DNA from: an uncultured Planctomycetota bacterium
GTDB taxonomy: Bacteria > Planctomycetota > PLA2 > JAEUHO01
Length of the DNA stretch: 64,000 nt
NCBI GenBank assembly: GCA_963752285.1
Contig: CAVVXN010000004.1
Coordinates: 96,001 to 160,000, forward strand
Reading direction: 5' to 3'
Of the stretch, positions 45,822-56,292 are shown one piece after another. The position numbers were made by a program, and so were the translations under genes. How positions within the stretch are numbered: position 1 is the first letter of the stretch; the number at the start of each line of letters is the position of its first letter. Below the pieces are notes generated by a model. It was not told where the DNA came from. It saw nothing but the letters and a program-made list of their open reading frames with translations, and did not search any database.

Positions 45822-46661
45822 ATGGCACGCGCGACGACCTCGGTGGGGCTCCTGGTCCTCGGCCTCCTCGCGTCGGCCGCCTCGGCGCGCGCGGACGACG
45901 CGGCGCTCGGGGCGCCGCCGTTCCCCCACGTGCGCGCGGAGGGCTACGTGCGCGTCGGTGCGACCTCGGGTTTCCTCCAGACCCCGAAGGGCGGCCAGCC
46001 CGGAACGACCACCGAGCGCCGCCCGGCGCTCGACGAGATCGGCGCGGACCTCGGCGAGGAGATCGGCGTCCGAGCGGAGACGGCCTGGCGGCGTCACGAG
46101 GTGCACCTGGACCTCGCCCTGCTCCTCCTCGGCGGATCCGACAAGCTCCGCGACGGGTTCGTGTCGCAGGGCGCCACCTTTGGCGCGGGCACGTCGATCG
46201 ACTCGTCGTCCTGGATCGGACGCTACCGCCTCGGCTACGCGTACCGGTTCGACCTCCCGCTCGGCCGGGCGGGCTGTCTCGTCGTGCGCCCCGGCGCGAG
46301 CCTCGAGGGCCTCCACGTGCACGACCGGCTGACGGGCGAGGGCGGCGCGAGCGTGAGGCGCACGTATCTCCACGTCGCCCCCGCGCTCGACCTTCGCGTC
46401 GGATGGCGACCGGCGGCCGTGCCGCGCGTCTTCCTCGAGGCCGGCGCGTCCCAGACGCTGTCGTTCCTCTACTCGGACGCGAGCCGGATGAACACGTTCG
46501 AGTCCACGCTCCGCGTCGGCTGCGACCTCTCGTCGCGTACGAGCCTGTACGTCGAGACGGGGTTTCGCCGGAGCGACTGGCGCGACGCGCAGACGGTACC
46601 GAACCACGTCCACGTGACCTTCGGCCCCTGGTTCGGGGTGGGGTTCACGTACCGATTCTGA
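45822..46661 (+). CDS. Putative outer-membrane beta-barrel protein
   Basis: Signal peptide, alternating beta strands, C-terminal GVGFTYRF (terminal Phe signature). Confidence 0.7.
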   Translation: MARATTSVGLLVLGLLASAASARADDAALGAPPFPHVRAEGYVRVGATSGFLQTPKGGQPGTTTERRPALDEIGADLGEEIGVRAETAWRRHEVHLDLALLLLGGSDKLRDGFVSQGATFGAGTSIDSSSWIGRYRLGYAYRFDLPLGRAGCLVVRPGASLEGLHVHDRLTGEGGASVRRTYLHVAPALDLRVGWRPAAVPRVFLEAGASQTLSFLYSDASRMNTFESTLRVGCDLSSRTSLYVETGFRRSDWRDAQTVPNHVHVTFGPWFGVGFTYRF

Positions 46662-46742
46662 GCCGGGCGTGGTCACCCGCCGTCGCGCACGGGGTGCGCC
46701 CGCAGCCTGGCCCGTCCGGCCCGCCCGCGGTACCCTTCCCTC

Positions 46743-47381
46743 GTGACACGGGTGCTGGGGCTCCTCTTCGCTGCGACCCTGCTCGCCGGGTGCGGTGCCA
46801 CCAGCCTGCACCCGCTGAGCGACGCCACCACGACGAAGCGCGACGACGGCCTCGTCGGGCGCTGGGTCCTCGAGATGCGCGAACGAGGGAAGCCGCCGGC
46901 CGCGGTCTCGCTCGTCGTCGGGCGGAGGCCCGGTGCGCCCGAGGAGCTCGAGGCCGCGTGGGTCGAGCTCGGGCCGGGCGAGACCGTGCGTGTGGTCCGC
47001 CTCCGCCTCCTCCCCACCTCCATCGGGCGTGCGGAGCTGCTGAGCGCGACGTCCGACGACGTCGCGGCCCCCGACGCGGACGGCACGGCGCGCCCCGTGC
47101 CGCCCGCGGCCCCGGGCTCGTGGTTCCTCGGTCGCTACCGGCGCGTCGGCGACGCGCTCCTCCTCGCCGCCCTCTCCGAGGACGAGGTGGCCGCCGACAT
47201 CGAGAGCGGCAAGATCGACGGCCGGGTCGTGCGGCACGAAACCGAGGGGACCCTCCGCGCCACCACCCGGGAGGTCGTGCTCACCGCCCCGACCGAACGT
47301 CTCCGCGCGTGGGTCGCCCGCGAGGGCGACCGCATCTGGTCGCGGAAGTGGGCGCGCTTCCGGCGGGTGTCGGGCCCCTGA
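46743..47381 (+). CDS. Hypothetical lipoprotein
   Basis: Lipobox LAGC; SLHPL...DDGLVGRW motif. Confidence 0.7.
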   Translation: MTRVLGLLFAATLLAGCGATSLHPLSDATTTKRDDGLVGRWVLEMRERGKPPAAVSLVVGRRPGAPEELEAAWVELGPGETVRVVRLRLLPTSIGRAELLSATSDDVAAPDADGTARPVPPAAPGSWFLGRYRRVGDALLLAALSEDEVAADIESGKIDGRVVRHETEGTLRATTREVVLTAPTERLRAWVAREGDRIWSRKWARFRRVSGP

Positions 47382-47403
47382 GCGCCGCCGGTAGACTCGG
47401 CGG

Positions 47404-48192
47404 GTGCGCAGCGTGGAGACCCGCCTCGTCCTTGGACGCGACCACGTCCGCTACGGCGAGGTCGCGTCGTTCGCGTTGGGCGCGCGGCTCGGGTGCGCCA
47501 TCAGCGTGGGCGCCGACCCGGAGAGCCCGTCGCTCGAGTTCAAGGGCGACCCGGAGAACCTCCCGAACGAGGACGCCGTGCTCGTGGCGTCCGAGGGGGC
47601 GCGGGTGCTGCTGGCGGTCGCGGACGGCCACCACGGGACCGAGGCGAGCCACGGCCTCCTCGCCGCGCTCCAGGCTTCGCTCCACGACGCCGGGGTGCCG
47701 GCCGACCTCGACGCGCTCTTCGACCGCGTCTCCTCGCTGCCCCTTCCCATCGCGACGTCCGACGCCGACCCGGGACCCGGCGCGGCGCTGTCGGTCCTGG
47801 TCGCCGACGCCGCCGCGGGCCTCGGCGCCTTCACCACGCTCGGCGACACCTCGCTCGTCCGCGTCCACCAGGGACGCGAGCAGGCGCTCGGCCGGAAGAC
47901 GCGTCGCTACGCGAGCCTCGCCGACCCGGAGAGCCTCCGGCCCTCGCGCGCCGTCGCCGGCACCTTCCCCGTGGAAGAGGGCGACCTCCTGCTCGCGTTC
48001 ACGGACGGTCTCGACGAGTGCCACTACGGCCGGCCCAGGACCTCGGTCCAGGCGCGCCACCGCGCCTCCCTCCTCACGGCGGCGCCGACGCCGGCCGCGC
48101 TCGCCGACGCGCTCGCCCATCTCGCGCTCGCCGGCGTGGACGGCCACCCCGGCGGCCAGGACAACGTGGCCGTCGCCGTGGCGCGACCCTGA
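47404..48192 (+). CDS. PP2C-family (PPM) phosphatase-like protein
   Basis: PNEDA, LAVADGHHG, LGDT, FTDGL, GQDNVAV. Confidence 0.85.
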   Translation: MRSVETRLVLGRDHVRYGEVASFALGARLGCAISVGADPESPSLEFKGDPENLPNEDAVLVASEGARVLLAVADGHHGTEASHGLLAALQASLHDAGVPADLDALFDRVSSLPLPIATSDADPGPGAALSVLVADAAAGLGAFTTLGDTSLVRVHQGREQALGRKTRRYASLADPESLRPSRAVAGTFPVEEGDLLLAFTDGLDECHYGRPRTSVQARHRASLLTAAPTPAALADALAHLALAGVDGHPGGQDNVAVAVARP

Positions 48193-48249
48193 CGCGGTCC
48201 GACGGTGGCGGGGCCGCGGCGCGGGCCCCGCGCGCACGGGTTCTCGCGG

Positions 48250-48741
48250 TCAGTGCGTGGCGGGCGGCGCCGGCGCGACCATCGGCGCGGGCGGCGGCAC
48301 CGACCGCGGGGTCGCGGGCGCGGGCGCCGGCACCGGCACCACGACCCGTCGTGCGAGCTCCGCGCGGATGCGATCGTGGATCAGCCCGGCGCGCCGCTGG
48401 TGGTCCGCGGTGTCCCACGTCCCGATCTTGACCGCCACGCGCGTCACGCCGCCCGGGTGCTCGGCCATCGCGAGCCTCGCGTCGCCCGCCACGATCTCGG
48501 CCTCGGTCGGACCGAGCGTGGACGTCGTCGCGGCCGGGTAGCCGAGGGCCGGCAAGGCCACGAGCGCCGCCGCGTAGACGTCGCGCACGGAGGCCTGGTA
48601 GTCCGCGTCGGTCTGGTTGGAGAGCACCTTCGCCGTCGCGACGCCGCCGGCCGCACCGACGGCCACGACCGCGCAGCCGCAGAGCGCGAACGCGCCGGCC
48701 ACGAGCCCCAGCGCCGTGGCGCCCACGTCGATCGTCCTCAT
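48250..48741 (-). CDS. Lipoprotein, DUF3568-like
   Basis: GGGAGG SD; lipobox LCGC followed by AVVAVGAAGG; TRVAVKIGTW; Pro-rich tail. Confidence 0.65.
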   Translation of the reverse strand: MRTIDVGATALGLVAGAFALCGCAVVAVGAAGGVATAKVLSNQTDADYQASVRDVYAAALVALPALGYPAATTSTLGPTEAEIVAGDARLAMAEHPGGVTRVAVKIGTWDTADHQRRAGLIHDRIRAELARRVVVPVPAPAPATPRSVPPPAPMVAPAPPATH

Positions 48742-48755
48742 GGCGATCCTCCCGA

Positions 48756-49631
48756 TCATCCGTCCGTGCGAGCGACGACGTACGCGACCCACGAGGGGTC
48801 CGCCGTGGCCTTCGTGGCGGGCTTCCACACGCCGTCGCCTTCGCCGGTCTTCTTGTCCGTGCCCTCCCAGTACACCGTGGAGGAGCGAAAGCCCGCCTCG
48901 GCGAGGATCTCGCGGATTTCGGGGATGGTCCAGAACCTCCAACGATACGTGAACGCGCGCTTCATTCGACTCCCGTCGCGGAACTGGAAGTGGATGTGGT
49001 GGACCGCGGCGTGGTCGATCGGGTCGAAGCTCTCGAGCTCCCAGAGGTACGTGAAGCCGTCGAGCTTGCGGCGATCGGGGTGCTTCTCGACGTAGCAGTC
49101 GGGCCCGCCCATCAGGTCGAGCACGAAGATCCCGCCCTCCGCCAGGTTCTGGCGGGCGAACTCGAAGTAGGTGCGCAGCGCGTCCCTCGTCTGGAAGATC
49201 CAGTACGAGAAGTTCTCGGCGCAGAGGACGTCGGCCTTCTCGTCGGCCACGGTACGAACGTCCCGCTGGCGGATCGTCAGGCGCTCGCGCGCGACGCGGC
49301 CCAGCGCCGCGAGGTTGTGCTCGCGACCCCAGGCGAGGGGCTCGGGGTCGATGTCCACGGCCACCGCGCGTCGTCCCGGCCGCCGGACCCAGTCGCAGGC
49401 CACGGCGAAGGTGCCGCAGAAGTCCTCGCGGAGCACGATCGGCCGCCGCCGGTGGATCGAGCGGTAGACCTCGTCGAAGAAGTCCACCTCGCACTCCGGC
49501 TCCTGGACCGAGCGCTGGTACAGGTCGTAGCGGTCGGCCCGGCGGGCGAGGCTCGACTTCTTCCTCTTCTTTGCGTCCTTCCGCTTCCGCGGGGTCTCGC
49601 TCGGCTTCGCGCGCTTCGTCTTCTTCGGCAT
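48756..49631 (-). CDS. Class I SAM-dependent methyltransferase
   Basis: LYQRSVQ, LREDFCGT, AVDIDPEPL, NFSY, GGIFVLDLMGG. Confidence 0.85.
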   Translation of the reverse strand: MPKKTKRAKPSETPRKRKDAKKRKKSSLARRADRYDLYQRSVQEPECEVDFFDEVYRSIHRRRPIVLREDFCGTFAVACDWVRRPGRRAVAVDIDPEPLAWGREHNLAALGRVARERLTIRQRDVRTVADEKADVLCAENFSYWIFQTRDALRTYFEFARQNLAEGGIFVLDLMGGPDCYVEKHPDRRKLDGFTYLWELESFDPIDHAAVHHIHFQFRDGSRMKRAFTYRWRFWTIPEIREILAEAGFRSSTVYWEGTDKKTGEGDGVWKPATKATADPSWVAYVVARTDG

Positions 49632-49689
49632 GGGGGGGGATCCTACACGTTGGTGCACCGCGCGCGGCCGAATCCTGCGGCGGTACGGG

Positions 49690-50487
49690 TCATCCGGTGC
49701 GCACGCGCGTGCCCGCCGTGGGCGCGGGGGACCGACCGGGACCGCGCGGATCGGCAACGAAGCGGCGCACGAGCAGGTCGAGCGTCACGACGGCGGTACG
49801 CACGAGCCTCATCTTCGACGTGCTCCGCTTGCGGTCGTAGCGCAGCACCAGCGGGACCTCCGCGATCGGGCCCGCGCGCCGCCGGAGCTTCAGGAGGAGG
49901 TCCACCATGACCGAGAAGCCCGCCTGGTTGAGGAACGCCCGGCCGTACCGGGTCCGGCCCCAGCGGAGGAGCCGAACGCGGTACACGCGGTAGCCGCACG
50001 TGTAGTCCCGCGCACCCGGGAAGAGCACGCGGAGGAGCCACGACGCGAGGAGGCTCGTGACGATCCGGGGGCGGTCGAGACCGCGCACCTCGGCCCCGGG
50101 CCGGAAGCGCGAGGCGATCGCGAGCTCCGCGCCGGCGCGCGCGCGGTCCACGAGCGCGGGGAGGAGCTCCGGCGGGTGCGTGTGGTCGGCGTCCATCGTC
50201 GCGAGGAGGTCCACGTCGCGGGCTACGGCGAGGACGTGCTCGATGCCCGTACGCATCGCGACGCCGAGGCCGCGGTTCGTCTCGTGCACGAGCACCGTCA
50301 CGTCGAGCCCCGGCACCGAGAACGCGGCGTCGGCCGTGCCGTCGGAGCTCCCGTCGTCCACGACGACGACGTGGCAGCGGGGGGCCGCGGGCCACGACCG
50401 GAGCGTCCGGGCGAGGTCGGCGAGGAGCGGCGGGAGGCTCTGCGCCTCCTCGTACGCGGGGAGGCACAGCCAGAGGTGGGGTCTCAC
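49690..50487 (-). CDS. GT2 glycosyltransferase (DPM1-like)
   Basis: PAYEE, VVDDGSSDGT, NRGLG, MDADHTHPP, IASRF, DYTCGYR. Confidence 0.9.
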   Translation of the reverse strand: MRPHLWLCLPAYEEAQSLPPLLADLARTLRSWPAAPRCHVVVVDDGSSDGTADAAFSVPGLDVTVLVHETNRGLGVAMRTGIEHVLAVARDVDLLATMDADHTHPPELLPALVDRARAGAELAIASRFRPGAEVRGLDRPRIVTSLLASWLLRVLFPGARDYTCGYRVYRVRLLRWGRTRYGRAFLNQAGFSVMVDLLLKLRRRAGPIAEVPLVLRYDRKRSTSKMRLVRTAVVTLDLLVRRFVADPRGPGRSPAPTAGTRVRTG

Positions 50488-51650
50488 GGCGCCGCCCCGC
50501 CCCGCCTCGCGGTCGTCGGGGTCGCCTCCGGCCGCCACGGCGCGGGCGCCTCGCCGGCCAGGTCGGACGCGATGCGCTCCGCCGCGTGGCCGTCCCCGAA
50601 GAGGGAGCGGGGGACCCCGAAGCGCGCGCGCGCGTCCGGGTCGTCGAGGAGGCGCGCGCCCTCCGCGACGATCCGGTCCCGGTCCGTCCCGACGAGCAGA
50701 CCCGCGCCCGCCTCGATCAGCTCGGGACGCTCGGTCACCTCCCGCAGGACGAGGAGCGGTCGGCCCAGGGTCGCGCCCTCCTCCTGGATGCCCCCCGAGT
50801 CGGTGAGCACGAGCTCCGCGCGGTCGAGCAGCCACACGAGCTCCGCGTAGCCGACCGGCGGGACGAGGTGGACGTTCGGCGCCGTGAGCGCCGCGCGCGC
50901 GGGCCCCTCGACCTCCGGGTTCGGATGGACCGGGTACACGAAGGGCAGGTCGGGATGCGTCCGGGCGAGGCGCTCGACCGCGGCGAACACGGCGGCCAGC
51001 GGGGCGCCGAACGACTCGCGGCGGTGCGCGGTCACGAGCACGAGGCGCGGGGCGTCGTGGACGAGGCGCCGGACGGGCAGGTCGAGGGCGCCGACCCGCG
51101 CGCGCACCTCGAGCAGCGCGTCGATGGCCGTGTTCCCGGTCACGAGCACGCGCGCCGAGGCCGCACCCTCGCGTGCGAGGTTCTCGGCCGCGCGCGGCGT
51201 GGGCGCGAAGAGGTGGCGCGCGAGCCGGTCGATCACGACGCGGTTCATCTCCTCGGGGAACGGCGCGTCCATGCGCCCGCTTCGGAGGCCCGCCTCGACG
51301 TGGCCGACGGGCACCCCGAGGTAGAAGGCTGCGAGCGTCGTCGCGAGCGCGGTCGTCGTATCGCCGTGGACGAGCACGACGTCCGTCGGCTCCGCCGCGA
51401 TCGTGTGCGTCATGTGCTCGAGCACGCGCGCGGTCACCTCGGCCGGCGTCTGCCCCGGACGCATCAGGTCGAGGTCCACGTCGGGGAGGACGCCGAAGAG
51501 CGCCAGGACCTGGTCGAGCAGGGCCCGGTGCTGCGCGCTCACCGCGACCCGGACCCGGAACGCGTCCGTGCGGCGCCGCAACGCGGCCACGACCGGAGCC
51601 ATCTTGATGGCCTCGGGACGCGTGCCGAAGGTGACGAGGACCTGTCGCAG
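50484..51650 (-). CDS. wecB: UDP-N-acetylglucosamine 2-epimerase (non-hydrolysing)
   Basis: FGTRPEAIKMAP, HGDTTT, HVEAGLRS, PFPEEMNR, TAHRRES, TDSGGIQEE; only plausible start is CTG 51650. Confidence 0.93.
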   Translation of the reverse strand: MRQVLVTFGTRPEAIKMAPVVAALRRRTDAFRVRVAVSAQHRALLDQVLALFGVLPDVDLDLMRPGQTPAEVTARVLEHMTHTIAAEPTDVVLVHGDTTTALATTLAAFYLGVPVGHVEAGLRSGRMDAPFPEEMNRVVIDRLARHLFAPTPRAAENLAREGAASARVLVTGNTAIDALLEVRARVGALDLPVRRLVHDAPRLVLVTAHRRESFGAPLAAVFAAVERLARTHPDLPFVYPVHPNPEVEGPARAALTAPNVHLVPPVGYAELVWLLDRAELVLTDSGGIQEEGATLGRPLLVLREVTERPELIEAGAGLLVGTDRDRIVAEGARLLDDPDARARFGVPRSLFGDGHAAERIASDLAGEAPAPWRPEATPTTARRGGAAP

Positions 51651-51740
51651 GGGGTGGGACCTCTCGCGCCGGACCCTCCGGTCGGACGTGCGCCGTCCGG
51701 GAGCGCGAAGGCCCGGAGGCTACGCGGGCTCCGGTCGGGG

Positions 51741-52733
51741 TCAACGGCCGACCGCGCGGGGCGGGCGAAGCGCCAGGAGCAGCGCGCACAGGTCGTGCTC
51801 GAGGAAGCGCAGCCACGCGCGGGCGCGCGCGAGGTGGCGCCGCGCGTCGCCCCGCCGGCCCGCGAGGGCCCGGCCCGACGCTTCCGCCGCGAGGCGCACC
51901 GGCTCGAGGAGCGCGCGGAGCACGATGCCCAGGGCGAGGAGGGCGGCGACCGCGGGACCCTCGCGAGGCCCGAGGTGGAGGCGGGCGTAGCGGAGGAGGC
52001 CCACGGCCATCTCGCGCCGGAGCGCGTCGTCTCGCGCGGCCGAGGCCGCGCCGCCCTCGTGCACGACTGGCGGCCCGTCGGGAACCCACGCGACCCCGTG
52101 GCCCTCCCGGCGGAGCCGCCGGCAGAGGTCCACGTCCTCCCAGTAGAACGGGTAACCCTCGTCGAACCCGCCGAGCGCGAGAAGGGCGTCGCGCCGCACG
52201 ACGAGGCACGCGCCGAGGACCGTGTCCACCTCGCGGGGGGCCGTCGCCTCGACGCCGCGTGTCCACCGCGCGGCCGCGCGCCGTCCGATCGGCGTGTAGC
52301 GGAGCGCCGTGAAGCGGTGCAGGAGCCCGAGGGCCGAGGGGTCGTCGCGCGCGGCGCGCTGCGGACGTCCGTCGGGCGACACGACCCGCGGCGCCGCGGC
52401 GGCGACGGTCGGGTGCCCGTCGAGCCAGCGGACGACGTGGACCAGGGCCCCCGGCTCGGGCCGGGCGTCGCTGTTCAGGAACACGACGTAGCGGCCTTGG
52501 ACGAAGGGGAGCGCGCGGTTGTTGCCGCGCGCGAACCCGAGGTTCGCCTCGTTCACGACGAGGCGCACGTCGGGCGCCTCGCGACGCACGCGGGACACCG
52601 TGTCGTCGTCGCTCGCGTTGTCCACGCAGACGAGCTCGCCCGGGATCGTCGAGAGCTCCCTGCGTGCGGCCGCGAGCGCACGGAGCGTCAGCGCCGCGGT
52701 GTTCCAGGACAGTACGACGACGCTTGCGTCCAC
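51741..52733 (-). CDS. GT2 glycosyltransferase
   Basis: VDNASDD, NLGFARGNN, FLNSD, GACL, GGFDEGYPFYWEDVDLC. Confidence 0.9.
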   Translation of the reverse strand: MDASVVVLSWNTAALTLRALAAARRELSTIPGELVCVDNASDDDTVSRVRREAPDVRLVVNEANLGFARGNNRALPFVQGRYVVFLNSDARPEPGALVHVVRWLDGHPTVAAAAPRVVSPDGRPQRAARDDPSALGLLHRFTALRYTPIGRRAAARWTRGVEATAPREVDTVLGACLVVRRDALLALGGFDEGYPFYWEDVDLCRRLRREGHGVAWVPDGPPVVHEGGAASAARDDALRREMAVGLLRYARLHLGPREGPAVAALLALGIVLRALLEPVRLAAEASGRALAGRRGDARRHLARARAWLRFLEHDLCALLLALRPPRAVGR

Positions 52734-52849
52734 GCGCGGGCCACGATACCCGCGCGATCCGCCCGGCCGATCGCGCCCGCGCCGGCCCCTGCTACCCTCC
52801 GGTACCCGGCTCGGGCGACCGCGCCCCGGGCGAACGGGTCGGAGCCCCC

Positions 52850-53857
52850 GTGGAAAGCTCGAGCGCGCCCACTCCCGCCCGGGGTCCCGCCGGCCTCCGC
52901 GGAGATCCGGGCCTGCGCCCGCGACGGGCCCTGCGCCTCGCGTCGCTCTTCCGGCAGGCGCGCCGCCGCTTCCTGGTCCTCGTCGGGCCCTTCCTCCTGA
53001 CGAGCCTCCTCGTCTGGGGGGCGTGGGCCGTGTTCTCGGCCGACGTGGGCTCCGAGCTCCTCCTGATCGCGGGGCTCGCCTTCCTCGGCGCGGGGACCAC
53101 CGTGGTCCTCGCGCCAGCCGCCGTGGGCTCGGGCGTCCCGATCCCCCTGCTCGGGATCACGGTCGAGGTGCACCTCAGCACGTGGCAGATCGCGGTCTGG
53201 CTCATGTACCTGAACGCCGCCTCGGCGCTCCTCTACGCGTACAACCTCGACCTCCTCGAGCGCGTCCCCGGGATCGGGCCGTACCTCCTTCGCGCGCGCC
53301 GGAACGCGGTCAAGAGCCTCGACCGCCACCGGTGGATCCGACGTCTCGCCGGGGTGGGCGTGGGGCTCTTCGTGCTGACGCCACTGCCCGGGTCGGGGCA
53401 GCTCGGGGGGTGCTTCGTCGGGCGCGTCATCGGTCTCTCGAAGCGAGCGACGTTCGCCGTCGTGACGGTGGCCGGCATCCTGGTCGCGGCGATGTACGCC
53501 GCGTTCGGCTCCTACATCGGGCGCGTGCTGAACGACGCGAAGGCCGACCCGCGCTGGCGGGTGCTCGGTGTCGTGGTCCTCTTCGGCGTCGTGTTCTTCG
53601 TCGTGAAGATGCTCCGCTACCTCGGTCGTGACGAGTCGTCGCCTCGCGCGAGGAAGCGGGCGCGGCCCGGACGCGCGGCGCTCGTCCTCGTGCTCGTGCT
53701 CGCGGCGCTCCTCTACGCGCTCTTCGAGGACGAGATCCTCGCGTTCCTGGCGCGTCCCGAATCGAGGCGCTGGGTACCCATCGCCGGGGGGGCCGCCGCG
53801 CTGCTGCTGGGCCTCGCGGTCGTGCGAGCGATCCGGCGTCGGCGGCGCGCGGGCTGA
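52850..53857 (+). CDS. Integral membrane protein (small multidrug export family-like)
   Basis: About 8 hydrophobic segments; FVLTPLPGSGQLGG motif; start uncertain. Confidence 0.6.
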   Translation: MESSSAPTPARGPAGLRGDPGLRPRRALRLASLFRQARRRFLVLVGPFLLTSLLVWGAWAVFSADVGSELLLIAGLAFLGAGTTVVLAPAAVGSGVPIPLLGITVEVHLSTWQIAVWLMYLNAASALLYAYNLDLLERVPGIGPYLLRARRNAVKSLDRHRWIRRLAGVGVGLFVLTPLPGSGQLGGCFVGRVIGLSKRATFAVVTVAGILVAAMYAAFGSYIGRVLNDAKADPRWRVLGVVVLFGVVFFVVKMLRYLGRDESSPRARKRARPGRAALVLVLVLAALLYALFEDEILAFLARPESRRWVPIAGGAAALLLGLAVVRAIRRRRRAG

Positions 53858-53872
53858 GCCCGCGCCGGGCGT

Positions 53873-55030
53873 TCAGGCCGGGCTCGGCTCGGCGCGGACC
53901 ACGTGGCGATAGAGCGTGTCGCGCTCGACCGCGGTGCGTCCCGTCTCCGCGATCAGGCGACGGAGCTCGCCGACGCTCAGCTCCTGTGGGCTCGTGGCGC
54001 CCGCCATGTGGACGATCCGCTCCTCCACGACGGTGCCGTCGATGTCGTCGGCGCCGAACGAGAGGGCCACCTGGGCGAGCTTGGGCCCGAGCATGATCCA
54101 GTAGGCCTTCAGGTGCTCGACGTTGTCGAGCAGGAGACGCGAGACCGCCATCACGCGGAGGTCGGTCTTCCCGGTGGGTCCCGGGAGGTGGGAGAGCGCC
54201 GTGTGCTCGGGGTGGAACGCGAGGGGGATGAACGTCTGGAAGCCGCCCGTCTCGTCCTGCAGCGCGCGGAGCCGGAGTACGTGGTCCACGCGGTGTTCGT
54301 CCTCCTCGATGTGCCCGTAGAGCATCGTCGCGTTCGTGCGGATGCCCATGCCGTGGGCCGTGCGGTGGATCTCGATCCACTCGTCCGCGTCGCACTTGTT
54401 GTCGCAGATCTGCTCGCGGACCTCGGGGTGGAAGATCTCCGCGCCGCCGCCCGGCATGCTGTCGAGCCCCGCCGCGACGAGCCGCTCGAGGACCTCTCGG
54501 TGCGTGAGGCCCTCCGAGCCGGCGAAGTACGCGATCTCGACGGCCGTGAGGGCCTTCAGGTGGATCTCGGGGAAGCGCTCCTTGAGGCCCCGGAAGCACG
54601 CCTCGTACCAGGCCAGGTCGTAGTGGGGGTGCAGCCCCGCCACGATGTGGATCTCGGTCGCGCCGTGCTCCGCGCACTCGGCGGCGCGGCGCCACACCTC
54701 GTCGTGGGTCATCTCCCACGTCAGCGGGTTGCTGCCCTTGATGCCGAAGGCGCAGAACGTGCAGCCCTGCATGCAGATGTTCGTGGGGTTGATGTGGCGG
54801 TTGACGTTGTAATAGACGACGTCGCCGTGCCGCTCGCGCCGAACCCAGTCCGCCAGCCGACCCACGGCGAGCAGGTCGGGGTGCGCGTAGAGCCGAAGGC
54901 CGTCGTCGTGGTCGAGGCGCTCGTGGCACACGACCTTCGCGCCGAGGTCGGCGAGGTCGTCGGGGAGCGACAGGGCGGCGAGCGCCTCGGCCTCGTCCAC
55001 GGGCGCGCGGGGGGAATGCACCTGGCTCAC
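53873..55030 (-). CDS. mqnE: Aminofutalosine synthase (radical SAM)
   Basis: NRHINPTNICMQGCTFCAF, EIHIVAGLHP, HLKALTAVE, NATMLYGHIE, HLKAYWIM. Confidence 0.9.
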   Translation of the reverse strand: MSQVHSPRAPVDEAEALAALSLPDDLADLGAKVVCHERLDHDDGLRLYAHPDLLAVGRLADWVRRERHGDVVYYNVNRHINPTNICMQGCTFCAFGIKGSNPLTWEMTHDEVWRRAAECAEHGATEIHIVAGLHPHYDLAWYEACFRGLKERFPEIHLKALTAVEIAYFAGSEGLTHREVLERLVAAGLDSMPGGGAEIFHPEVREQICDNKCDADEWIEIHRTAHGMGIRTNATMLYGHIEEDEHRVDHVLRLRALQDETGGFQTFIPLAFHPEHTALSHLPGPTGKTDLRVMAVSRLLLDNVEHLKAYWIMLGPKLAQVALSFGADDIDGTVVEERIVHMAGATSPQELSVGELRRLIAETGRTAVERDTLYRHVVRAEPSPA

Positions 55031-56136
55031 AGGACCACCTCCGCCTCGGGCTCGAGGACCTCGTAGAAGGTCGTGCGCCGCCGGGGTTCGTAGCCGGCGT
55101 CCCGGATCAGGGCCTCGATGCGCTCGATCGGCATGCAGAACGACGCCCCGGCCGCCGAGACGACGTTCTCCTCCATCATCGTGCCGCCGAGGTCGTCGGC
55201 ACCGAACTCGAGGGAGACCTGACCGATCTTCGGGCCCTGCGTCACCCACGAGCCCTGCACGTGGGGGAAGTTGTCGAGCACGAGGCGCGCGACCGCGAGC
55301 GTCCTGAGGTAGTCGTAGCCGCCGCTCATGTGGGGGACGCGCTTCTCGAGCTTCGTGTGGGGCGCCTGGTACGTCCACGGGATGAACGCCGTGAAGCCCC
55401 CCGTGCGGTCCTGGAGCTCGCGGAGGCGCAGGAGGTGCTCGACGCGGTCCTCGAGGGTCTCCACGTGGCCGAACATCATGGTCGCGCTGCTCTTCAGGCC
55501 GAGGGCGTGCGCGTCCTCCATGACCCCGAGCCACTCGTCCGTCGTGGCCTTGAGCGCGGCGATCTTCTTCCGGACGCCGTCCACGAGGATCTCGGCCCCG
55601 CCGCCGGGGATCGAGCCGAGGCCGGCCTCGCACAAGCGGCGGATGACCTCCGTCCGCGGCATGTCCCAGGTCTTCGAGAAGAAGGTGATCTCGGGGGGCG
55701 AGAAGCCGTGCACGTTGATGCGCGGGAAGCGCTCCCGCACGTACCGGAGGAGGCCCTCGTAGTACTCGATGCCGAGCTCGGGGTTGTGTCCGCCCTGGAG
55801 CAGGACCTGGCGGCCGTCCACCCGGTCGAGCTCCTCGAGCCGGGCGCCGATCTCCTCGTACGACTGGGTGTAGCCCTCGGCGTGCCCCGGCGGCCGGTAG
55901 AAGGCGCAGAACGCGCAGTACGTCACGCAGACGTTCGAGTAGTTGACGTTCCGATCGACGATGTACGTCACCCGACGGGCGGGGTTCTTCCGCCACCGCG
56001 CGGCGGCCGCGAGCGACCCGAGCTCCAGGAGGTCGGCGTCCCGGAGCAGCACGAGCCCGTCCTCGGCGGACAGGCGCTCCCCGCCGCGCGCCCTCGCGAG
56101 GGCGGAGCGGAGCCGGGGCGTCGAGGCGTCGGGCAT
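55027..56136 (-). CDS. mqnC: Cyclic dehypoxanthinyl futalosine synthase (radical SAM)
   Basis: VDRNVNYSNVCVTYCAFCAF, LLQGG, HGFSPPE, ATMMFGHVE, QGSWVTQG, MEENVVSAAG. Confidence 0.92.
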   Translation of the reverse strand: MPDASTPRLRSALARARGGERLSAEDGLVLLRDADLLELGSLAAAARWRKNPARRVTYIVDRNVNYSNVCVTYCAFCAFYRPPGHAEGYTQSYEEIGARLEELDRVDGRQVLLQGGHNPELGIEYYEGLLRYVRERFPRINVHGFSPPEITFFSKTWDMPRTEVIRRLCEAGLGSIPGGGAEILVDGVRKKIAALKATTDEWLGVMEDAHALGLKSSATMMFGHVETLEDRVEHLLRLRELQDRTGGFTAFIPWTYQAPHTKLEKRVPHMSGGYDYLRTLAVARLVLDNFPHVQGSWVTQGPKIGQVSLEFGADDLGGTMMEENVVSAAGASFCMPIERIEALIRDAGYEPRRRTTFYEVLEPEAEVVL

Positions 56137-56292
56137 GGAGACCTCCTCGGGGTCCCGGGAAGTGTAGGAGGCCCGGCCGCCCCCGGCGAATCCGAGCCCT
56201 GTCCGTCGCCCGGCGCGCCCCCGCTCGGACCTTTGCCCCGGGTCGTCGCGTCCCCCACCCAACCGCTGGATCGCGGGCAGACTCTCGCTCCC

